From contig NC_043000.1 of assembly GCF_006345805.1 (NCBI RefSeq), positions 99,386,001-99,450,000 of the forward strand: DNA of 64,000 nt, given 5' to 3'. Under the pieces are notes generated by a model. The model saw only the letters and a program-made list of their open reading frames with translations, was not told where the DNA came from and made no database searches. The DNA is from Octopus sinensis (taxonomy: Eukaryota). This document shows positions 61,228 to 64,000 of this stretch, one piece after another. How positions within the stretch are numbered: the first letter of the stretch is position 1; every line of letters starts with the position of its first letter. A program made the position numbers and the translations under genes.

Positions 61228-64000
61228 ATACTTAAATGTAAAATATGTGTATGTATAAACATACACACACAAACACACATATATTGGCATGTATTTGAAC
61301 CTGTCACCCCGGGAGTATGTGTGTGTGTCCTTGTCAATAATCATTTTTTATTAATCTTTGCCAATAAACAAACACATACATAGTAATTAATCAGTTCTTA
61401 AAAAATTTTTTGTTCAGTACATGAAAGTCGTACATCACACAGCTGTAATCTGATTTGTGTGTGTTTATTTGTGTGTGTGTGTGTGTGTGTGTTTATGTAT
61501 TTGTGCATGTGTGTGTTTATTTGTGTGTGTTTGTGTGTGTGTGTGTATGCCTATATTTACGCATGTGTTTGAACATGATCGTATATTTATATAGACGCAT
61601 ATATAAATGTATGTATTTATTGCATACATATATATATAAATACGTATACTTGCATAGTTATATATAAAAAAGCACATGTATTTACGTGTGAATACATACA
61701 CACATACATATATGTACACACACACAGACACACACACACACACACACACACACACGTAACGTGTCTATGTTCGTGTGTGTGTGAGAGAGAACCTCGTATC
61801 GTTGCTATGTACTATGTTTTCGCACGAAAGTATTGATTGCAGTAAAACATAAAAACCTAGTCTTGTGTTGTGTCACCTGATTAACCTTCCAAAGTGGACG
61901 AGCATCGCACTTTTGCGCAACAATTTCGTACATCAGACAGGGCTGGGGGCACTACGTCTCTATTATGCATGGCTGTTGATAGTACCATGAATTCTTGTGT
62001 GACAGTTCACTCCATGCTTACGTTTGGCTTGGAATTAGAGCAACGTACAATGATTAATTCGCGTTGGTTTCTATTGATACTCACGTTGTACAGTGAACCA
62101 ACGTAATTGTACGACTCATTCATCTCGTTAAATTGTGAACATGTGTAATGTTGCTATTGATCCTAACATTGGTTGGCGAAGCAGTGTAATGTTTCTATGG
62201 ATAATTAACGCTGGTTGATTGGCAAACTCGCATGATTTTTCTATAGGCACTTGATGTTGGTGAACTAGTATAATGTTTCTATGGATACTAACTTTAGCTA
62301 GTGAACTTGGGATACCCATGTTAGGTTGTGAACCTGTGTGATGTCTCCATGGATACTAACTTTAGCTAGTGAACTTGGGATACCCATGTTAGGTTGTGAA
62401 CCTGTGTGATGTCTCCATGGATACTAACTTTGATAGGCGAACCTTATAATGTTTCTATGGATACTAACGCTGATTGGCGAATATTTGTAATGTCTCCATG
62501 GCTACTCACAGATTGGTTGGTTACTGATGTAATATCTAAATGTTAATTTTGTGTAATGAAGTCTGGCCAACATTGGGTGGTGAGGCTATTTCATCGCATG
62601 AGGTAGGTTTGGCTGCTATTAAAAACAGGCTATGAGACCTCGTAGGTGCACCTGTAAGCGCGATTACATATACTGCCATATAATATATATTCACTTCACA
62701 GGCACATACAATAATTATATAATGAGTACGTTTGGTTTTTACCAAAGAAAATAGGGATGCAAATACGTTAATAAATGTCTTTAGAGTGTATCAAAGTTGA
62801 TTGGTTGTGAAGCTGAAAATACTTCAAACGTTACTCAGAATATCCATGTTTCGTGCATAACACACACACACACACACACCACCCACACATATATAATACT
62901 TAAATGTAAAATATGTGTATGTATAAACATACACACACAAACACACACATATTGGCATGTATTTGAACCTGTCACCCCGGGAGTATGTGTGTGTGTCTTT
63001 GTCAATAATCATTTTTTATTAATCTTTGCCAATAAACAAACACATACATAGTAATTAATCAGTTCTTAAAAAATTTTTTGTTCGTACATGAAAGTCGTAC
63101 ATCACACAGCTGTAATCTGATTGTGTGTGTTTCTTTGTGTGTGTGTGTGTGTGTGTGTTTATGTATTTGTGCATGTGGTGTTTATTTGTGTGTGTGTGTG
63201 TGTGTGTGTGTATGCCTATATTTACGCATGTGTTGAACATGATCGTATATTTATAGAGACGCATATATAATGTATGTATTTATTGCATACATATAATATA
63301 AATACGTATACTTGCATAGTTATATATAAAAAAGCACATGTATTTAGTGTGAATACATACACATACATATATGTACACACACACAGACACACACACACAC
63401 ACACACACACCACGTAACGTGTCTATGTCGTGTGTGTGTGAGAGAGAACCTCGTATCGTTGCTATGTACTATGTTTTCGCACGAAAGTATTGATTGCAGT
63501 AAAACATAAAAACCTAGTCTTGTGTTGTGTCACCTGATTAACCTTCCAAAGTGGACGAGCATCGCACTTTTGCGCAACAATTTCGTACATCAGACAGGGC
63601 TGGGGGCACTACGTCTCTATTATGCATGGCTGTTGATAGTACCAGGAATTCTTTGGTGACAGTTCACTCCATGCTTACGTTTTGCTTGGAATTAGAGCAA
63701 CGTAACAATGATTAATTTCGCGTGGTTTCTATTGATACTCACGTTGTACAGTGAACCAACGTAATTGTACGACTCATTCATCTCGTTAATTGTGAACATG
63801 TGTAATGTTGCTATTGATCCTAACATTGGTTGGCGAAGCAGTGTAATGTTTCTATGGATAATTAACGCTGGTTGATTGGCAAACTCGCATGATTTTTCTA
63901 TAGGCACTTGATGTGGTGAACTAGTATAATGTTTCTATGGATACTAACTTTAGCTAGTGAACTTGGGATACCCATGTTAGGTTGTGAACCTGTGTGATGT
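61190..64000. repeat. ~1.66-kb-period tandem duplication; second copy runs off the window end
   Basis: 61221 aligns with 62889 and 62344 with 64000; copy 2 carries many 1-nt indels. Confidence 0.9.
62140..62530. repeat. Degenerate ~40-bp minisatellite with a perfect 68-bp higher-order duplication
   Basis: Recurring TAATGT(T/C)TC(T/C)ATGGATACTAAC; 62281-62348 equals 62349-62416. Confidence 0.85.

Noticed and set aside
62140-62530. CRISPR-like repeat/spacer appearance
   Set aside because: Repeats are degenerate, spacers resemble each other, there are no cas genes and the context is eukaryotic.

Overview
AT-rich, microsatellite-dense eukaryotic DNA made almost entirely of transposable elements. 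The SINE and MITE families look like those of Octopus; this is recalled from memory, not checked by a search. I can support no host protein-coding exon, true tRNA/rRNA gene or CRISPR array. Most short ORFs in the track are translations of microsatellites. The main feature is a near-intact ~3.74 kb Penelope-like retroelement (PLE) at 52047-55789 (-), inserted in (TA)n. It has an RT + C-terminal GIY-YIG ORF broken by one frameshift, a 109-bp pseudo-LTR duplication, a well-formed type-I hammerhead ribozyme in its 3' end and a 13-bp 5'UTR stem next to the AUG. Its protein has two long low-complexity insertions and lacks the Cys-rich pre-endonuclease motif that a second, decayed PLE at ~8 kb retains. 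Further hammerhead-like pseudo-LTR fragments sit in (TA)n tracts. The window also holds R4/Dong-like and HERO-like RLE retroelement fragments, RTE LINE fragments (one with a twin-priming-type 5' inversion), a CR1/L2-group LINE, a Helitron deletion derivative, Tigger, mariner, maT/DD37D and hAT relics, several MITEs with clean TSDs, four SINE families and several local tandem duplications. The last duplication may be an assembly artefact. All family names come from motif recognition in hand translations; no database searches were run.
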